DNA of 64,000 nucleotides from Isurus oxyrinchus. Lineage: Eukaryota. The position numbers and the translations under genes were made by a program. The stretch is from assembly GCA_026770705.1 (NCBI GenBank), contig JANJGN010000153.1, forward strand, positions 620,001 through 684,000. The letters run 5' to 3'. The notes beneath the pieces are model-generated. The model was not told the origin of the DNA and did no database searches. It saw only the letters and a list, made by a program, of their open reading frames with translations. The first letter of the stretch is position 1. Each line of letters starts with the position of its first letter. Shown here one piece after another: positions 13,459 to 27,384 of the stretch.

Positions 13459-13535
13459 CAGGGGGTGCCTTTTTTACACTTCTGTGTAAAACTGCAGTGC
13501 TAACGCACCACTGAAAGATAGAATAAAACACAGAA

Positions 13536-13605
13536 ATGGAACAATACATAATTCTGCAGATTGCCAATGTCTTCTACCATATTCTAGCCATCCTGGGGAC
13601 ACCTG
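13536..13605 (+). pseudogene. GPR139-like GPCR copy A, coding exon 1 (N-terminus and start of TM1)
   Basis: MEQYIILQIANVFYHILAILGTP+G aligns with copy B exon 1 (ISLIQVGYFPILALVGVS+G). Phase-1 donor GT at 13606 (gtcaga, weak). Its nearest compatible exon 2 is the disrupted one at 33305. Confidence 0.7.
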
Positions 13606-13819
13606 GTCAGATGGAGAATCGGCTCGAATCGGTGTTCACGCAAGTGGTAAAATCATTTATTGATTTAAAGTTATCAGCTCCCACTATGGTGTCTGGGCGG
13701 ATAATTTGTTCTCCACCATTCAATTTGATGTAAACAGGAGTTCTTCCAAAACTATGTTGCTCCAATCATGATTTCATAAATTGCCCCTGTGCCCTCTGAG
13801 ACATTACTTCCACTGCTTG

Positions 13820-14135
13820 GGTAATCGAAAATACGGGGGCAAAGCCTCAGAAATGGAGCCAATAATTTAGACCTGAAATGTGGATGAATATCTTCACTCA
13901 AAAGCAAGTAAGCCTTTAGATTTATCTAGCCCAGATTGCTGTGCAAGCTCCATCCTTGAACACATTTAAGTCAGGAATAGAGCGATTTTTGTTCTCTCGG
14001 GGTAAAAAAAAGGATATGGGGATTGGGGGTGGGGGTGGGAATTGGTTTTGAGGCCAAAGATCAGCCATGATCAGATTGATTGATGGAGCAGGCTCGATTG
14101 GCTGTATAGTCTACTCTTGATCCTTTTAGTTGTTT
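13820..14135 (+). mobile_element. CR1 LINE 3' fragment
   Basis: tttagacctgaaatg...tcttcactca, agatcagccatgatc, gatggagcaggctcga, ctactcttg: a typical CR1 3' end. Confidence 0.7.
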
Positions 14136-14439
14136 ACTTGCTTTCTTAGTTAAAATGCATTGTTTATGAGTGCAGAGGCGGCTGCCAATTAAGATTGTCA
14201 CCTTCCTTTCATGTGCTTCCACGAGCTCACCCTAAAACAGTGAATCTCCCGGACACAAAACCATCCAAAATATCAATTCTGTTTTTGGCAGACTTCCGCG
14301 TCCATCAATGATCCATTTCACAAAGATTGGTGACTCAGGTTTCAAAGTGCCACTCCCTAAGCCCTGAATTCCTCTGAGTAAACTGTTGTGTGTGTCTCCT
14401 TAACTTCTCAAATTATGTTGATTACTTGCCTCAGGATTC

Positions 14440-14750
14440 CTTGCCTCTAACAGGGCTACAAGAGCATGTCAGAGGCTGGGAATCCTGTGTTTAGGAGCTC
14501 ACATTATGACTTCCTAAAGCCTCCACACTAATTACAAGGTACATCGTGTCATCGAATACGTTCAAAATTCCTGAATGTGTGCAGCTCCCACAACAACGAA
14601 GAAGCTAAAGATAACAAACGGCATAGTAATCCAATCGATTGGCAGTCCTTCCACTAGCAGTCCCTTCATCCACCTCTTCCAAACAGTGGCACCAGTCTGC
14701 AACACCTAAAAGTTGCACTGTAGGATCTTATCACGGCTCCTTAGACAGTA
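14440..14750 (+). mobile_element. LINE fragment (same family as 27380-31110)
   Basis: ggctacaagagcatgtcagaggctgggaatcctg matches the antisense of ~27880-27912 (ATRAxQxLGxL). Confidence 0.6.
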
Positions 14751-15820
14751 TATAATTTGAATGGACTCTATTTGTTGCAGTGTGCTGTTCAACTGGTTTC
14801 TATTCTCTAAAGTGTGCTGCTAAATATACCCTAATTGCTATGGTGTGTTGTTTGATTATACTCTCTTCTCTGTATTATGCTGTTTGAATAGACTCCATTT
14901 GCTGTCACGTGTCGTTTGAGCAGACCCTATTTGCTATAGTGCGTTGTTTAAATATACTCATTTTTTTTTTCAAATTGTGCTATTTTAATTGACTCTATTC
15001 CCTGTGGTGTGTTGTTTGTATGGATTCTATTTTAAATCGTGTGTGGTTTAAATAGACATCACTTGTCATATGTTCTTGTTTATGTAGTTTCATTGCTGCA
15101 GTGTGCTGATATTTTGACCCTAATTACTATAGTGTGCTCTTTAGGCAGGCTTTACTGGCTGTAATGGTGCTCTATGTATTGATTATATTTGCTAAAATGT
15201 GCAGCTTTTACAGACTAATTATTTACATTCTGCTGCTGTATAGGCTCAATTTGTAATAGTGCACTGTTCAAATATCCACTATTTCCTATAGTAGTTTGAA
15301 TAGACTGCATTTGCTCTGGTATTCTGTTCAAAGTGACTATGTTTGTCATCGTGTGATTTTTAATTGGACTACTTTTGCTGAACTGTCTTCTTCATATAGA
15401 CCCTATATTCAGTAGTGGATTGAATGAGCTCTATTGGCTAGAGTTTCTTGTTCAACAAGAATATATGTGCTGCAGTGACTTGGTTAAGTATACACAACAT
15501 GTCTTTTATCATTTTGTAATTACATTGTATTTTTTGTCACTGTTGAAACAAAAGATAGTTGTCATTGTTGCCATACAAGATGATGGTGCTATAGTGCACT
15601 GTTTATATTGACCCTTTTTTGCCAGAGTGCCCTGCTGAATGGTTTGTTTTCTCCAATGCGTTGGGTGAAAACTGAAATCTCCTTCGTCATTGGTTAAATA
15701 AAGCTTTATTTGCAATGGTGCTCTGTTTAGGGAGGTTCTTGTTTCGCGGTGTTACTCTTTGTACATAGACTTTGGTTGCTCTAGTGGTTCTTCATAAATA
15801 GTCTGCATTGCAGTGCGCTG
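14750..15820. repeat. Degenerate minisatellite, ~32-bp unit, roughly 30 copies
   Basis: Unit approx. tgtgctgtttaaatagactctatttgctatag; tgtgct/tgtgtt recurs at 14781, 14813 and 14844. Confidence 0.8.
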
Positions 15821-16099
15821 ATGAATAACTTCTCAAATACCAGCTGTTAAGCTGATAAGCACTTATTAGACAACATAAGTTCTGCCAGGACCTGTGCAGC
15901 TAGATACAGACAAAAAGCTTCTGGTCAAGGACCTGCCTTCCAAATTGGAGAACAAAAGACAGTAAAAGGGGGGAGGGGGAGAAAGAAAACAAGGGATGAA
16001 CTGTGATTGGGCAGATGACAGGAGAGGTCACATAACATAAATCATCCTTAGCAAAGGGAAGGGAGCAGTTCGAGTTATCAAGTTTTTAACTTGGGATTT

Positions 16100-16460
16100 C
16101 AGAGAAATGGCCATCGCTTGGCAAGGGCAGTAATTCTTGTCCATCTTTAAATTTCCTAGAACTGAAGGGGTTACCAAGCCATTTCACAGGGAAGCAAATG
16201 ATCAACTCCATTGCTGTGCCTCTGGAGTCACATGTAGGCCAGACCAGGTAACTTGAGCAGATTTCCTTTCCTAAAGGACATAAGAGAAACAGTTGGGTTT
16301 TTACGACACTCAATGACAGCTTAATGTTCCTTATTCCTGAGGCTCGCGTTCTGAATTTAAATTTCACCAAACGCTGGGGTAGGATTTGAACCCAGTTTGA
16401 AAGTGGATTAGCCTGTGTTAATAGAGCAGTAAGGCTATGATTTTTCCACCGCCTCCGCAC
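16100..16460 (-). mobile_element. Shark SINE
   Basis: ctggagtcacatgtaggccagaccaggtaa...gatttcctttcctaaaggacat...ggatttgaacccag. Confidence 0.75.
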
Positions 16461-17004
16461 AGCAAGGAAGAGAAGAAGGTAATTCTGTGCTGTAAGGGTG
16501 TGAAGAGGAGAATCATTATCATCAGTTTCTGCAAGTGACATCATGACAAACAAGGTGAAGCCAGGCAGAGGTAAAAATGATAGACCCAAAATGGTAGATT
16601 GAGTTTACATTCTGAAACAGGTAAAATTGAGGTTGAACACAGAAGTTCATAAAGTATCTACTGTAACAATGAAGTGCTGTCCCAAATTGAGGTCAAAGCC
16701 TCACTGGAACAATTCTCCAATCTATATATGGGAGTGTCAGTGAGCGAGCAAAGCAGGGAAGTAAAACTGCCTGAAACCACAACTCCAAGTCATGCTTGCA
16801 GAGTGGATGTGTGCCATAAAATTGTCGCCGGATCTGCCATTGTTTCCCCACTGCAGGGAATGCCATATTTTCGTCATGAACACAGTTTTCTAATTTGAAA
16901 GAATTACAGCTAAATCTCTACATAACCTGCTGCAGTGCACATGTGATTTTTGCATTGGTCAGTAACAATGTCATACAAACATTATTTTTTCATAGGCTCT
17001 TTCA

Positions 17005-17380
17005 CTGCAGGTGGGTTTTGCAGACAAGGGCAGCGCTTGGTGCGAATCCCTAATTGCACTTGAACTGAGTTGGCTTGCCAGGTCATTTCAGAGGGCAACA
17101 AAGAGTCAAGGACATTTTTTTGCGTCTGGAGTCACATGTCGGCGAGACCAGGTAATGATGCCAGATTCAAGATCAAGAAGGAGTGTAAAAAAACCATGTG
17201 GGTTTTTGTGAGATTTCCTTGATGGTGTCCACAACTGAGATTAGCATCCGAATTCCAGATTATTTCCTGAATTCAAATTCTGCCACGTTCTACTCGAACC
17301 TATGTCCCCAGAACAATAGTCTGGGTCTCTGGCTTCCCAGCCCAGTGACAACAATTATACCACCATCCCCCGCTCCGCCC
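17005..17380 (-). mobile_element. Shark SINE
   Basis: ccctaattgcacttgaactgagt...atttcagagggca...tctggagtcacatgt...tcgaacctatgtccccagaac. Confidence 0.75.
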
Positions 17381-18199
17381 ACTTGCACACACAATGTAAA
17401 ATTCTGAGCAGCAGTTGCCCACTGTGGCCTTTGCAGCCTCTCCACCATGGAATAAAGTCATGGATGATCTGCTTGCAAACTCAATCCCACATTCCCCTCT
17501 ACACCGATAGCCTTTCACCCCTTGTTAATGAGGAAAATATCTACGTCGGCTGTAAATATATTCAAATACACTGCTTCGAAAGCCTTTTCAGTAAGCTGGC
17601 TCCAAAGCCTCACAAGTCTCTGAGAGACAAAATGTCTCCTTATTGCTGTCCGAAAAGGAAACAGGAAACTGCAAAGAATGTAGATAGGTTAAGAGAGTGG
17701 ACAAGGATCCGGAAAATGGAGTTTAATGTGGGAAACAGTGAATGATTAATTTTCTGCAGACTACAGGTATAAAGTGGAAAGGCACGAAGCGGAATGCTGA
17801 CTTGAAGAGGCAGTTGAGGCACGATGGATTGAATAGCCTCCTCCTGCATGGTAATAATTGTATGCAACTGTAATTCTTTGCTGGTTGCCGCATTTGTTCA
17901 ATGGAACATGTGTGGTGATAGAGCCTGCAGAATATTCAGTGTGTGAAAACAGAAATACCAAGATTTGTGTTGAATAGAACAGTTGCAAAGTGTGATGTCA
18001 GTCATGGCTGCTCCAGCAATTTATGCCAGAAACAGAAAATATCAAGTGGAAAAAAGTGGAGCTGGCCATTTTGAAAAATGTAGGCACAATGGCTATTCGT
18101 AGGCCAAGCTTTGCAGGAAATTAACAGCCATGTGCATCGGGATGTTAAAGGAGATGGATAAGGAGCAGGAAGGAGACAGAGGCCATAGCATCTACACAG

Positions 18200-19530
18200 G
18201 ATTTGCTGGGATTAAAGCCAATACCTGGAATTGACAGAAGCACAATTCTACAGGAGAAAGAGGCTCTCAGGTAGATTGCCAGTGTTATCTAATGCATGAT
18301 TGCATGTCCAAAACCTTACCATTACCCATGTACAGGGGTGGCATTAATTTGAACTGCTCTAATTCCTCGTCTCACCACCCATCCATTAGCAAAAAGCTCT
18401 TTTCGATTTTTGAGTTCCCCCATTTAATTCGTGGCGTATTTTCTCCAAACCTACAGTGTTGCAGTGATCCAATCCTTGACTAGAAATCACACAACCTACT
18501 TGGGGTAAGGGTGGAAAAAAGGGTTATTCATTTTAGACAGACACACAATGTGTCAAGGGGCCCCACAACATTCAAAGCCGACCATTCCGAACAACTACAC
18601 CCCATCATCTTTGGATTCATAAATTAAAAGAGTGAAAAGAGATATAATAGCTACAAGGAAAAGACCACATGTACATTAAGAATTATTGCATTAAAATACC
18701 TCAGGCTCCAGAATCCGGAATACCATTCTATAGCACTTTTCAGAGGTTCGCTGTGTGGAACCGATATGCGGCGAAAATCTGCTCCAGTATTACAGACTTA
18801 CATGGTGAGTGAAAGCATTTAGAGATGAATCAGTCTTCTTAGTAAAACCTGGTACAGACGTACAGAAAGTCCAGCAGAAAACAGTGCAGATCAGGACAAG
18901 GAGATTTGAACCTAGACAGATAGCTGTTTCATCTGGTCCTTCTGATGGATGATGGTAAACAGATGTAGGCTGCAAGCCTGGAGTCCTGTTGTACTTCCGG
19001 CATTGAACTGCGACTGAAGGCGGATGCCTGAGAAATGTATAGGAACAGCATTTGGAACAAATCAATTTTCAGTGTCGTGGCAGGGTGGACTCAGAAAAAA
19101 ACTATTCAGCTAACGAGGCAGCGTGTCGAAACCAATTTTCTTTTGAACAGATAACTTTAGAATCATTAGCACAACATTCAAATGGTCCCAATGATGCTAA
19201 GCATTTGTGGTATCGTGGCTGGGATGTTTACACAATGAAAGGCGTGTAATACTTTGAGGAATTTGAGGAGATAAGTTGTGCCAATTATGAAACTGATCAG
19301 AAACCTCCAGAACAACCAGCATATGGTCAGCTGCCGTTGCTTAATCCATCGAGCCATTTGTGAAAAACGGTATGTAAACAAGAGAGTAAGCAGTCCATAT
19401 TTCTCTTTAAGAGCATTGTCCCTCGTTGTGCTTTCTTAGTGAGGCAAAAACATCAACACCGCTCCTCTGACATGCCCTCTCCATTACTTTGCCATGTGAG
19501 ACAGAACTTGACAGGCCATCTCTACCTGAA
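18200..19530 (+). mobile_element. Probable Academ-type DNA transposase fossil, interrupted by a Harbinger element and possibly resuming at ~24600-24790
   Basis: Motifs across frames: RSGQGDLNL (cf. RAxRxGDWxLH), CIGT..HLEQIN...GGL....NEAA.RNQF (cf. IGADHALEQINRxMKVxGGLxGITxNxxARxxFFL), SIVPR (cf. SVVPRSLF) and KTSTPLL. Many stops. Confidence 0.5.
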
Positions 19531-19534
19531 CAAT

Positions 19535-22500
19535 TGAACGGAAATTTCGAAGTCCGGGGACGGCGGGTGTGATGGGGGCTTGCTCGGGTATTATGACGTG
19601 TATCTGCTTCACGGTGGCAGGAATCCAGGTTGCAAAATCCCACACAGCCCGCAGAAGTCTGACTGCATTTCCAACCATGGGTCGGTGGGGAGCCAATTGT
19701 ATTACACCAGCGTATTATTAAAAGGCCATTCCACCAGGATCTTGGTCCCCGCATCATCTGGACACATCGGCGGAAAGCATGCGACGTGTTTAACATCATC
19801 ACGCAGGCGACCTGCACTTGTCGCCCTTTACTTTGGGAGAACTAAGGTGAGTGAGCAGCAGCGTTCTTCACAGCTTCCCCGTTGTTTACAGGGATCTTGG
19901 CGCTGATGTAGGGTTGGGCTGTGTTGTGCAAGTGACTCCAGTCCCGGGAGGTGGGGGCTGCGTGGTCAGTGTGACTGTGAGCAATTGCTAAATAGCCGTG
20001 CAGGCTCCTGCCGCAGGTTCATGGGTGGAACGACTGGCCAGTTTTGGGGGCAACTGCTTGGGGGTGGGGGCGCCGGTGTGTGGCGTAGGCTGAATATGCC
20101 ATGGGGCATTTTCTATGCATCCTCAGACGGGGATGCTGAGGAGTTGGGAGGTTCACGTGCTGACCTGGTGTTGCACCACACGCACAGGCAATCGAGGTTT
20201 GAGATAGTGTAAGCAAGAGAAGTGACCAAACATTAGGGGGCGCCTATATAAACTGACCATGGCTCTGCAACTGACACAGATCAGGCGTAGACGCAATGAA
20301 ATGATTGGGTTCGGTCTCCTTGATGTCCCGCTCATGCAAGCCATACAGAGGCATCAAAGGACCATCAAGCATTCCATACCTCACAGCCCCACTCCCTACC
20401 TGCCCGGTGAAAACTTCGAGTCCGCCACCATCTTATTGCAACGTGGAGAAGTTGGGCTGCAATCATTGTCCAACGTCCTCGTCAACATTGTGCATGTAGC
20501 CGTCACTGCTGGGGCGCTCGCAACCACTTGTAATTTCGGCATGCTGCTTGAACCTGTGCCCTCCACCCATGTCACGGGCTGACAAGTCAGCCATAAAGCA
20601 CACTCATCTCTGGCCATCCGAGAGGTGACCAGTTCTCTCTACAGGAAGCTTTAAGGGGAGGTCACACAGGACCAGGAAAGGTGGAAAGAACCGCTATGAT
20701 ATCTATGTCTCTCTCGTACATGCTGCAGGAGGACCATGTCATTATCATAGATCCTGGTGTCCTAGTTTAATATCTGATAGTCCACAGAGACTGTTGAAGA
20801 TGGTGAATTGAGTGATTGAGGCGCCTGGCCACAAAGGTTCAAGAGAAGCAATCCCATGAAGAAGGAAGAACAGGATTTCTCACACATGCTGTCCAGTAGT
20901 GACAGCGAGCCCTGGCTGTTCGATGCCCTGCAGCGCCCATAGGCTGCCTGCTATTCCTGCAGGTTACTGAGACCCAGTGTCAACGGTGGCTGCACATATC
21001 TAAGGACCTGTTAGCTCACATCTGCCATCTACTGCACGCCAGGCGCCATGAGCAAGGAGGGCAGCCACTGCCACGATCTGTAAAAGTGATCGTGGCAAAG
21101 AAATTGTTTCCCTGTGGCACCTGTTAGCGCTGCACATCTGACCTCTGTGCGATTTCACATCCCCCATCCACAAATATTCCCCCGAAATCATCTATGCAAA
21201 CTTCTGCAAGAGAAACAATTTTGTGCATTTTTCCAGGAACCAGGGCAGCGAGATGCAAGCGCCAATGAATTTGCCCTGATCTCGGGCTTCCAACAGGAAC
21301 ATGGTACAATTCAATGCACGCATGTGTCCCTCATGTCTCTGTCGCTACATGCAATGGACGTCATCAACCACAAGGGTTTCCAATCACCGAATGTGAAGCT
21401 GTTACCAAAAGCAAGCCTGCAAGGTTGCAATTGACTTTCATGAAGTGCACACAATACGTAAAACCTGAATCACTCGTAGTTCCCTGCGGTCTTCCAGCGT
21501 CTACATACGCTGCAGGGTTGGATCCATGGGGACAGGAGCTACCTAAAGAGTGGTGCTTTATGACACAGAGGCTGATTCGAGAGCCTGCAGCAGAGTGATG
21601 CTACAATGCATCTCATGCAGCAGCTCGCGTATTGGTGGAGCAAACCATTCAGCTGCTGAAGATTCAGTCCCTGGTTTCTGGATCTGTCCGATGGAGCGCT
21701 GCAATGCACTGGGCAGAGCGTGTCACGTGTCATTTTTGTTTTTTGTGCCCTTAACAAGGTGGCCTTACAACGGGGTGAGGAGGCGATGGAGGAGTTGCCC
21801 ATCTCCTTCAATGAGGAAGGCACTGACGGGGATGAGATGAGGAGATCCTCGGTGTTGATGACGACAGGGAAAAGGCTATTGCATTGTCTGGATTAGGCAG
21901 GCACACTCGGCAGGTTCTCATTGTTTCCAGTTTTGTCGAGGATGATGACGACATGCACTGAAGGCCATGTGGCTGTGAGCATTGTGGTCGTCAGTCTCAT
22001 CCTGCAGGAACCTGCCGAGGCCCTCCCTGAGTCTGCAAAACCTGTATCTCTGCAGGGTCAGCCACCCAGGCTTGGTCTAGGTTAAAATTTGATTCTTCTA
22101 TCTGAGAGGGTGAGCAACATCAGGATGGTTAAATTGTCTCAAAATCAGAACTTCCCTCACCCCGCCGTTCGCATTGATCCGACCTTGTGGCGGTGTTCCG
22201 ATGGATGGATTTCATGGTTGTAGGAGTGCAGCTGCCATACCCTCGGCTCAACCATCGGCCACCCACGAAACTTTCCTGTTCCTGGTCTTTTACTCTTCTT
22301 TCCCTGCTGCACTTTATCTCGTACAACAGCTCAGATGATCTTGTAGCTGCTGCCTCTGTTCACTATAGTGATGACCAGTGACACGTGGCTGATTATAGTC
22401 GGTATCCCATCCGAAAGCATTGCCGAGGTCATGGTCACCAGGGACTCATACATACAAAGTGTACGAATTCTGAACTCCTCAGGGTACCGAGTCCGATGGA

Positions 22501-24600
22501 CTCATAGCAGCTGCTGTGACTCCAAATAGGAACCTCAAATTGGGCCTCCAGAGTCGCTGTCTTACTGCTGTGTTAAGTATCTGTGTGACTGTCCACCCGC
22601 ACTCCAGGGGGACTGCCTTTGACGCCTTCTCCTGCACACGGTGCCATGCTGGTCCCACAGTGCTTAGTTCCTAGGCCCACACATGTAGCCGCTGGAGTGT
22701 CAGTCTCTGTGCTGGTGCCTGGTGAGCGAGGTATTGATGATGGTGCATCCTCGGACACATCAAGCTCCTCCTTGTATCCTAGTCCTTAATGCTTTCAGAT
22801 GGGGTATAGGGGTAGGGTTTCGGAGGGTGGGTTTAGGGAGATAAAAACAAGGCAGCCATGAGATGAGGTGGTGCAGAGTTTCCTCTTTCTCAGTAAACTT
22901 CTTCCAATGTTATCCTGGCACTCTGTTGCTCCCATTCACTGCCTCCCATGTTAAACGCAGTCATACCTTGGACTTAGGCTTTTCCATTTTCTACCTGAGC
23001 TACCATTTCCAAATCAAAGCGACTCCACCACACCAGCTCCCCTCCCCGCCCACCACGGGCTGCTAACGTCACCACCTGCACGTCTGCATCGACAGCACGG
23101 CCATTTGAAACTGGGAAGGGTGACCCACCGACACCAACACTGCCTGTGAATTGCATTCTGGTCGATTCTCCTGGAGAGAGGGGGTACCAACTCCCAGTCA
23201 GCCCCAGCTCTCCGGTGTTTTTCGCTCCTAAAATGACAAGAAGTAAAGGGTTACATGGTGTCTCATGGAGTTTGGAGGTATCTCACAGAGGAATACAGTT
23301 AATTATTCTCCTGGCCATCCGTTTACTGTCACATTGTTCGCTTCACCTTAGTCATAGGCACGTGATGCTCCTCTGGTGCTGCAGAGCACCATTAACACTG
23401 TACCCAACCGAGGCCTGACATGATGCACTCAACAATGCCAGTCATCATGCCAAGTAGGAACATGTCACAACTTGGCGGATTGAAGAAAGTCGCTGAAGCA
23501 CTTTCAATACACCCTCCAATCCCTCTGGTGGTCACCACTGGGTCTGATTACCTCCACAATATTCACTCAGGCTCCTTCTGTGGTGATCGGAGGGAACCTT
23601 AACCATTCAGGTAACAGGGTGACCCGCCTCTGTCTCATTCTCTCAGGAGGATGTCCAGGCCGTGACCTATGCAGCAGGAAGCTAGTGCTTCCCGGAACTC
23701 CTGGCTATTTCCTTGGCCTGTCTCAATGTGATAAGGGTTTTGTAGGTAAATCAGTCAAGGTGTGTGGTTTCCCATTCTGCCCTCCATCATTAACCTGATT
23801 GCAGGTAATTTTAGTGAGGTGTTGGGGGGTGGGGGCACGAGGGAGCTACCGCTGTGTGTGTGTCATATCTGGAAAAGGTTAGCGTCGCACAGGCTGGGTG
23901 ACCACAGCGTTGCATGGCAAGTGACAAGATGTCAAAAGCCAGGTCACAAATGCAGTTATTGCCCGAAGCCTTTGAGCAGTTTTCCTCATTTAGGTTTGTG
24001 TTCATTCTGGGGGTTAAGCATTGCGTGTGTTCAGTGTACTGCCTCACCTGAAGGGGAAAACAATCATTTTGGGCCTGTGGGTAAGGGAGGGTCCGAGTTT
24101 TGAATGAATAGTTGAGCACTTGACATGATCTCTTGCGTTCCTTGGCAGGGTGTGTTGGCAGAAACATAGAACATGTTTAGAGGTTGATGCCTTTTAGGGT
24201 TGAGCATTAATAGATTGTTACAGCAGTGTGCACAGAGGGAAAAGCAAATTGGCAGCACTGCATTTGAAAAGCAGGCACAGCAATGACTATGAGGACACGA
24301 AGGGAGATTTTCCTAATTTCGCAGCTCTAGCAGGGCAATCATTTCCCAATCATCAGTGATATGATCAGTAACTCCTGACAGTGCAATGGTCAGAATTCTC
24401 CTCCAGTGGCCTCTCAGAGTCACATTCAGACAGAAACTGTTTGCAGGGACAGGACAGGAAGAACCCAACTCCTCAACCGACCTTTTCAGGGTAGAAACCA
24501 GACCCCCTACACAGGCGGGAGTCAAGGAAACACATGTTTTTTTTTCCTGTCAACGTGCCAGGAATTGGGTCAGGATGGGCTGCGGATTTTGGATGCCAAT
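19535..24600 (+). mobile_element. PIF/Harbinger DNA transposon (decayed, possibly composite); HARBI1-like transposase remnant at ~21020-21960
   Basis: INHKGFQSPNVKL (cf. NRKGFHSLNVQL), QGWIHGDRSY (cf. GWLLGDKGY), YNASHAAARVLVEQTIQLLK...LDLSDGALQ, acidic tail. Antisense Myb/SANT-gene-like sequence at ~22400-23100; GC-rich TIR-like ends. Confidence 0.75.
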
Positions 24601-24829
24601 AATTGTTCTGACACATTCTTGAGAGGATAATGTCGCTGCCAGCTTTAATTAATCCTTCAATTCCATGTGTTCAACAATTTTGGCAACAAGCATGTTATAT
24701 GACACTTCAGCGCAAAGCTTTGGAAGCATTGCGATATTTGTAATTCCTGGCAGGAGAGACCATGGGATACATGAATAACCTAAGGGTTTCATATTCCCCA
24801 TTGAATCTGTGTCTCTCAGAAATACACAT

Positions 24830-25350
24830 CAGCCCCCACTCTCAAGTAATTTTTTTCTGACCCCTGCATTTTTCTTCTTCACATATTTATCAATTTCAAG
24901 TTATCGACCCATCAGCCATTGGACATCGCTTTTCTCTATTTGATTTATCTGGCCGTTCCTAATGTTAGTCACCTCTGCCAAACCTCTTCTTAATCCTGTC
25001 GACTCTGTGGAGAAAAAGTGCAGCTTCTCCAGGCTATCCATGTTACGTTATAGTACCACTCGCTGGAACAATGCTAGTAAATCTCTTATGTTTACTGCAC
25101 AAAGCCTCCGCATCCTTCCTAAAATATAGTGCCCGGTATTGGACACATCATATCAGGTGGGATCACACTAGGCTATTAGACAGGCTCTTCATGACTTCCA
25201 GTATTATGTACCCTATAACACTTTTTAGAAAGTCCAAGGCTCCACACACTTCATAAGGAGCTTTCTAAACGGCCTTGTCAGTTGTGAACCTGCTGTGCCA
25301 CGTTCACAGTTTTGTTCACAATCCTCAGCACCCTCTCTTCTTGCAGCCTT
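24830..25350 (-). mobile_element. CR1 LINE fragment
   Basis: Antisense RT 3' region (catccttcctaaaatatagtgcccggtattggacacat = CVQYRALYFRKD). Confidence 0.6.
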
Positions 25351-25937
25351 TATTGGTTTGGAAGATTTAGCTCGTCCTATATCTACACCTAAAAGCTCCT
25401 ACAAAGCAACCTGGCACAAATGCCGTTGTAATTAAATGTTGGAAAGGCTGAAGACATTCTTTAACGTATCCACTGCAAACTCTGTTTCCCAAAATGCAAT
25501 CCCTGCAGACTCCCTGCTAACTGTCTCAGACAGAACCAGACTGTTCAAAACATGGGTATCATGTATTCACACCATCACTAAGTACGGCTATTTCCACTTC
25601 CGTAACATGACCGTACTTCACTACGTAACACAGTGCACCCATTCCTGTAGCTATCATGCATGTCTTTGCAACGCCCACAATTGGCCATTACAACGCATTT
25701 CTGCATCGTCCCCCACATTCCAAAATCCATAAGACTGAGGTCCAGCAAAATTAAGCTACTGGTTTCATAACTGTCAACAAGTCACGTTTCCCTATCATGC
25801 CTGTGTTCAGTGACTTACACTGTCTCCTGTTCTATCAACATTTAACCTCCAAATGCGTCTGAGTGTGAGTACCACAATGGAAAGGTATCCTCTCACTTTC
25901 CTCTGCTCACTGACAATGCATTCATTCTCAGACCCTA

Positions 25938-27378
25938 CGTGTGTGTTTGTTGTGTGTGTGTGTGTGTCATTGTGTGTGTGACTGTTTGTGTGGTGTGCAC
26001 CAATGGGCCTATGTGTGTGTCTCTTGCATGTGTTTATATGTGCTTGTGTGTGCATGTGTTTGTGTATGTGTGTCGGTGTGCATTAGTGTGTGTGTTTCTA
26101 TGCGTTTGTGTATGCGCGTGTGATTAGAGTGTATGTGTGTGAAAGTGCGAATCTCTGTGTATGTGTGACTTAGCGTATATGTGAGTTACTAAGTTGAGTA
26201 CGTGTCTGTGTGAATTTGTTTCAGCAGGTTTGGGTGTCAGTGTGTGTCTGCATGTCCTTGTGAGTACTTGAGTGTGCGATTGCATATGTTTGTGTCTATA
26301 CATATATTTATTTCATGTGTTAGTGTGAATGGGTGCATCTGTGTGAATCTCTGTGTACGTGTACGTGAAAATGTTTGTGCGAGTGAGAGACAGATATGAA
26401 ATGTGTGTGTGTCAATGTTTGACGGTGGCTGGGAGTGTGTGTCTGTGTGTGTGATGCTTTGTTTGCTTGAATGTCTGTGCATGTGTGTGACATAGATTGT
26501 GTAGTGTGGCTTGGTACAAATGAGATTTTCTAAGTTCGAATTTGTGTATATGTGCTTGCTTCTGTGCAGGTGTGGGTCTGAATGTGAGTTTGCATCCCTG
26601 TGTAGAGCTTGTGCACTCGTGTCTGTGTGTTTATGCTTGTGTGTGTATATGCTTGTATGCGTGCTTGCGCGTGTGTAAGCTTGTTTGCATTTGTGTGTGT
26701 TTCTGTGTATGTGCGTGTGTTTTATGGGCATGTGAGCAAGTCCGTGCATGTATACATTCAATATCTGTGTTTGCATTGTGTGTATCTGTGCACATGTGTG
26801 TTAATGTGTAAAACTGTCTGTGTGTGTCCGTTTGTGTGTGCGTGTGTGCATGTTTGTGTGTCTGCACATGAATATTTTCCATGTGTGTGTATGTGCCCGA
26901 ATCTCTGTGAGTATTTGTGCCTGTCTCTCTATTTGTGTGTGTGAGAGAGAGAAAGAGAGAGAGAGAGGGAGAGGGAGGAATGAAATGTGTGTTTATGTGT
27001 TTGATTGTGACTAGGAGTGTGTGATGGTGTGTTTGTGTGTATGTGTGTGTGTGTGTGTGTGTTTGTGTGTGTTTGTGTGTGTGTTTGTGTGGGCATGAAC
27101 ACACCCGTGCAATTGCGTGTGCATGTTTCTGTGTGTGCATCTATTTATTCTGTGTGTATGTGTGCGTGGTTGTTTGTTTGTGTGTGCATGTATAAGTGTG
27201 AGATTAATTATCTGTCTTTATTTGTGTCTTTGTTCGTGCCTGTGTTTATGTGTGTGTGCGTGTGCATGTGCATGAGAAAGAGATGAATTTCTTGTGCCTG
27301 TGCGTGCGTGTGCATGTGTGTGTCTGTGTGAGTGTGTGTGTGTGTGTTTGTTTCTGTGCGTGCACGGATGTGTGTGTG
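25938..27378. repeat. Degenerate (TG)n tract, ~1.4 kb, with embedded GA run
   Basis: Directly visible; produces spurious CV/HT-rich ORFs. Confidence 0.95.
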
Positions 27379-27384
27379 GCTCTT

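Noticed and set aside
18620-18650. IKRVKRD as a furin site of a retroviral env
   Set aside because: Surrounding motifs fit an Academ-like transposase better; likely chance.
25807-27286. Cys/Val- and His/Thr-rich ORFs (also 31153-32045, 35061-35770)
   Set aside because: These are translations of TG/CA microsatellite.
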